Source: a virus (taxonomy: Duplodnaviria > Caudoviricetes). From it: a stretch of DNA of 64,000 nucleotides. The position numbers and the translations under genes are program-made. Positions 62,244 through 64,000 of the stretch are shown in pieces. The notes below the pieces were generated by a model, which saw only the letters and a program-made list of their open reading frames with translations, did not search any database and was not told the origin of the DNA. Position 1 is the stretch's first letter. The number at the start of each line of letters is the position of its first letter. The stretch lies in IMG/VR virus record IMGVR_UViG_3300035208_002851, positions 36,979-100,978 of that record, one strand, 5' to 3'.

Positions 62244-62641
62244 AAAAATATATTGGGGGGCATAAAGTTGACCAGAGTGGAACAAAGGATAATAAATTCT
62301 GGACTTTTGCGTCAGGTGATTATGATTTTACGCCTTTTTATATGGATACTGATTTGGCAATACCAAATTCTACTATAGAAGTAGAAACGGATGACTTATC
62401 TATAAGACTTGGAGATATTGTCTCTATAGATAGAGATATGAAAGCCGTAAGAACTCAAAATGGAGGAGTACCGATAGGTAGGGTTCGTGGTATTAACGTT
62501 ACTCCAGACAGAGCGGTAGTAACTGTAGAACGACATACTCAAGGAATTATAGGTATTCAGACTACACAGGAAGGGTATGAAGATTTGATGCAGAGAAGAA
62601 GCTTAATCCATTCTGCGTTAGAGTGGCGGCGACGAGGTTAA
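62240..62641 (+). CDS. IGG-motif protein (N-terminal) with capsid-cement-like domain
   Basis: MKKYIGGHKVDQ; I.LGDIV......A......PIG.V. Confidence 0.55.
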   Translation: MKKYIGGHKVDQSGTKDNKFWTFASGDYDFTPFYMDTDLAIPNSTIEVETDDLSIRLGDIVSIDRDMKAVRTQNGGVPIGRVRGINVTPDRAVVTVERHTQGIIGIQTTQEGYEDLMQRRSLIHSALEWRRRG

Positions 62642-63827
62642 CAGCACTGTGTTTATCCATATAATTTTGCAGAAGATCATCTTCCAGATGTGCTGCCCTG
62701 ATTTTAGATATAGGAAGAAAATAATCGAGAATATCAGATGGATGCTTTCTGGTTAGTTCCACTGCGGGTAGACCGCCTTCGTGTTTTGCGGATAGGTTCC
62801 TTACCGAACCGTTAAGGCTTAGTAGTTCTTGTGATCTGTCATAAGGTTGTCTAACTATGCTTTTGTAGGCTTCTGTAATGTGATGCTCTATCCTTATTTT
62901 TTCTTCAAACTGGAGTCCTTTCCGAACCGAAGCGTTTTTTAAGATTGTGTCGTTGTTGGAACTGTTAGACAAGTTTAGTCCAACCAAGGGTGTGGAACCA
63001 TCAGGACGGCTATAGAGCTTCGCAAGCGTTAGCAAGCCTAAGAAGGAGTAGGGGTTGTCTATACCCATAAAAACGGAGACTTTGAAATGAATGTCAACAC
63101 CGAGTTTGTACAACATGAAGCCGAGTACGATAGTGCCGAAGTTTACGTTGAGGACTTCTTGTACTCCGTATTCGGTGTAGTAGTGGAGAAATTCATCAAC
63201 CCACTGCAAGGCATATTTGTTGGGAACGCCTACACCACCAAAGTAGCCTGTGATGCTATCAACACCAGCAAGGTGACAATTAATGGGTTGTCCGGACTCA
63301 TCGAGTTGTGTGCCTTTTGTGCCAAGGGTTTGAACGCAGCTTGCGCCAATAATGGCCATGGCGGCATGAAAGGCAACGAGGTCAAGGTCTTCGAGTTGTT
63401 CTTTCATAGATCGCACACGGATGTAGCGAGCTGGCATGATTTCTCCTTGAGAGATACTTTGCCGAGCCTCGGCGATAAGCCAAGGAAAATAGTTACAGGC
63501 GGAGATTTCAAGGGTGGTTGGGTGCCCGCTGAAAGTTGTAGAAGCAAAGTTTCTACCGAGAATTTTCTTGCGGTAATTTTCAACGGTGATAAATTTGCCG
63601 TTGTCTCTACAAGCCTCAAGCCATTCCAAGTCTCGGAGATATGGGGATTTGGAAAGTATTTTTTTTCGGCTACTTAAGGCTTGTTCCCTTAAGCACCGAC
63701 AGTTTATTTCATTTATTTTTCCGTATTTTTCTATGACGGAGAAAAGTTCTTGAAAGATTTCTTGGTTTTCACAGTGGTAAAACCAAGAAAGTTCATCTAT
63801 AGATGTTTGTGAAAGTTGTAAATTCAT
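62562..63827 (-). CDS. Conserved cellular-type hypothetical protein
   Basis: 421-aa ORF; LEISA..YFPWL, TKGT, ITGYFGG.G.PN motifs recalled from uncharacterised anaerobe proteins; higher GC. Confidence 0.55.
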   Translation of the reverse strand: MNLQLSQTSIDELSWFYHCENQEIFQELFSVIEKYGKINEINCRCLREQALSSRKKILSKSPYLRDLEWLEACRDNGKFITVENYRKKILGRNFASTTFSGHPTTLEISACNYFPWLIAEARQSISQGEIMPARYIRVRSMKEQLEDLDLVAFHAAMAIIGASCVQTLGTKGTQLDESGQPINCHLAGVDSITGYFGGVGVPNKYALQWVDEFLHYYTEYGVQEVLNVNFGTIVLGFMLYKLGVDIHFKVSVFMGIDNPYSFLGLLTLAKLYSRPDGSTPLVGLNLSNSSNNDTILKNASVRKGLQFEEKIRIEHHITEAYKSIVRQPYDRSQELLSLNGSVRNLSAKHEGGLPAVELTRKHPSDILDYFLPISKIRAAHLEDDLLQNYMDKHSAVNLVAATLTQNGLSFFSASNLHTLPV

Positions 63828-64000
63828 TTTTAAGGGCCCACCCCTTTTTTATGGAGTTGGATTTTGTGCAATTTGAGCTTCTAATGGTTTTTCTTCAGCG
63901 GTTACTTTCTTTAGGACGTATAACTGTTGAAGCATAGTTCTCACAGCATCATCTTTATCTGTAGATTTTTCTAGTATTAATTGTATTGGTCTAAGTAGAC

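Noticed and set aside
45106-62641. IGG motif as merely a Shine-Dalgarno (GGAGG/GGTGG) by-product for the next gene
   Set aside because: It may contribute at some CAATGA junctions, but 14 copies are N-terminal with no start downstream, several use GGCGGC/GGCGGT, the frame is always IGG, and flanking residues (Y/F, K, V, Q) are conserved
45106-62641. IGG units as a CRISPR array, integron attC sites or DGR repeats
   Set aside because: No fixed nucleotide repeat, no palindromic sites, variation is synonymous, and no cas, integrase or reverse transcriptase gene was seen
63087-63677. 196-aa + strand ORF
   Set aside because: Antisense to the conserved 421-aa gene; no recognisable motif
1-64000. 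tRNA, rRNA, integrase or transposase genes
   Set aside because: None recognised by eye; tRNAscan-SE would be needed to exclude intron-containing archaeal tRNAs

Overview
This window looks like part of a large archaeal head-tail virus (Caudoviricetes, siphovirus-like). Archaeal TATA-type promoters, a DUF2153-like gene and a LysW ending EGEDWGE suggest a Thermoproteota/Bathyarchaeia-like host (inference). Layout: (i) 1-6.3 kb (+): glycosylation cluster with 2 methyltransferases, 2 GT4, 2 GT2 and a DegT-type aminotransferase. (ii) 6.3-31.7 kb (-): morphogenesis module with TerL, portal, prohead protease, MCP, connectors, tail tube, a -1 frameshifted tail chaperone, a short tape measure and a hub. 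Its virion proteins are saturated with [ST]GS motifs, and it also carries a hidden lysW, a JAB protease and a clan-A glycoside hydrolase. (iii) About 32-33.5 kb: a repeat-flanked island essentially free of CC/GG dinucleotides. (iv) 33.8-62.6 kb: a long field of small genes, many with their own copy of a conserved TATA-box promoter. The most striking signal is at 45.1-62.6 kb, where about 31 otherwise diverse, mostly Cys-rich microproteins share a terminal peptide, (Y/F/I)-I-G-G-x-x-(V)-x-Q, at either the extreme N- or C-terminus. They surround a complete Ubl-E2-JAB-E1 ubiquitin-like conjugation operon (53.4-56.9 kb). All calls come from manual reading and motif recognition; no database searches were run.
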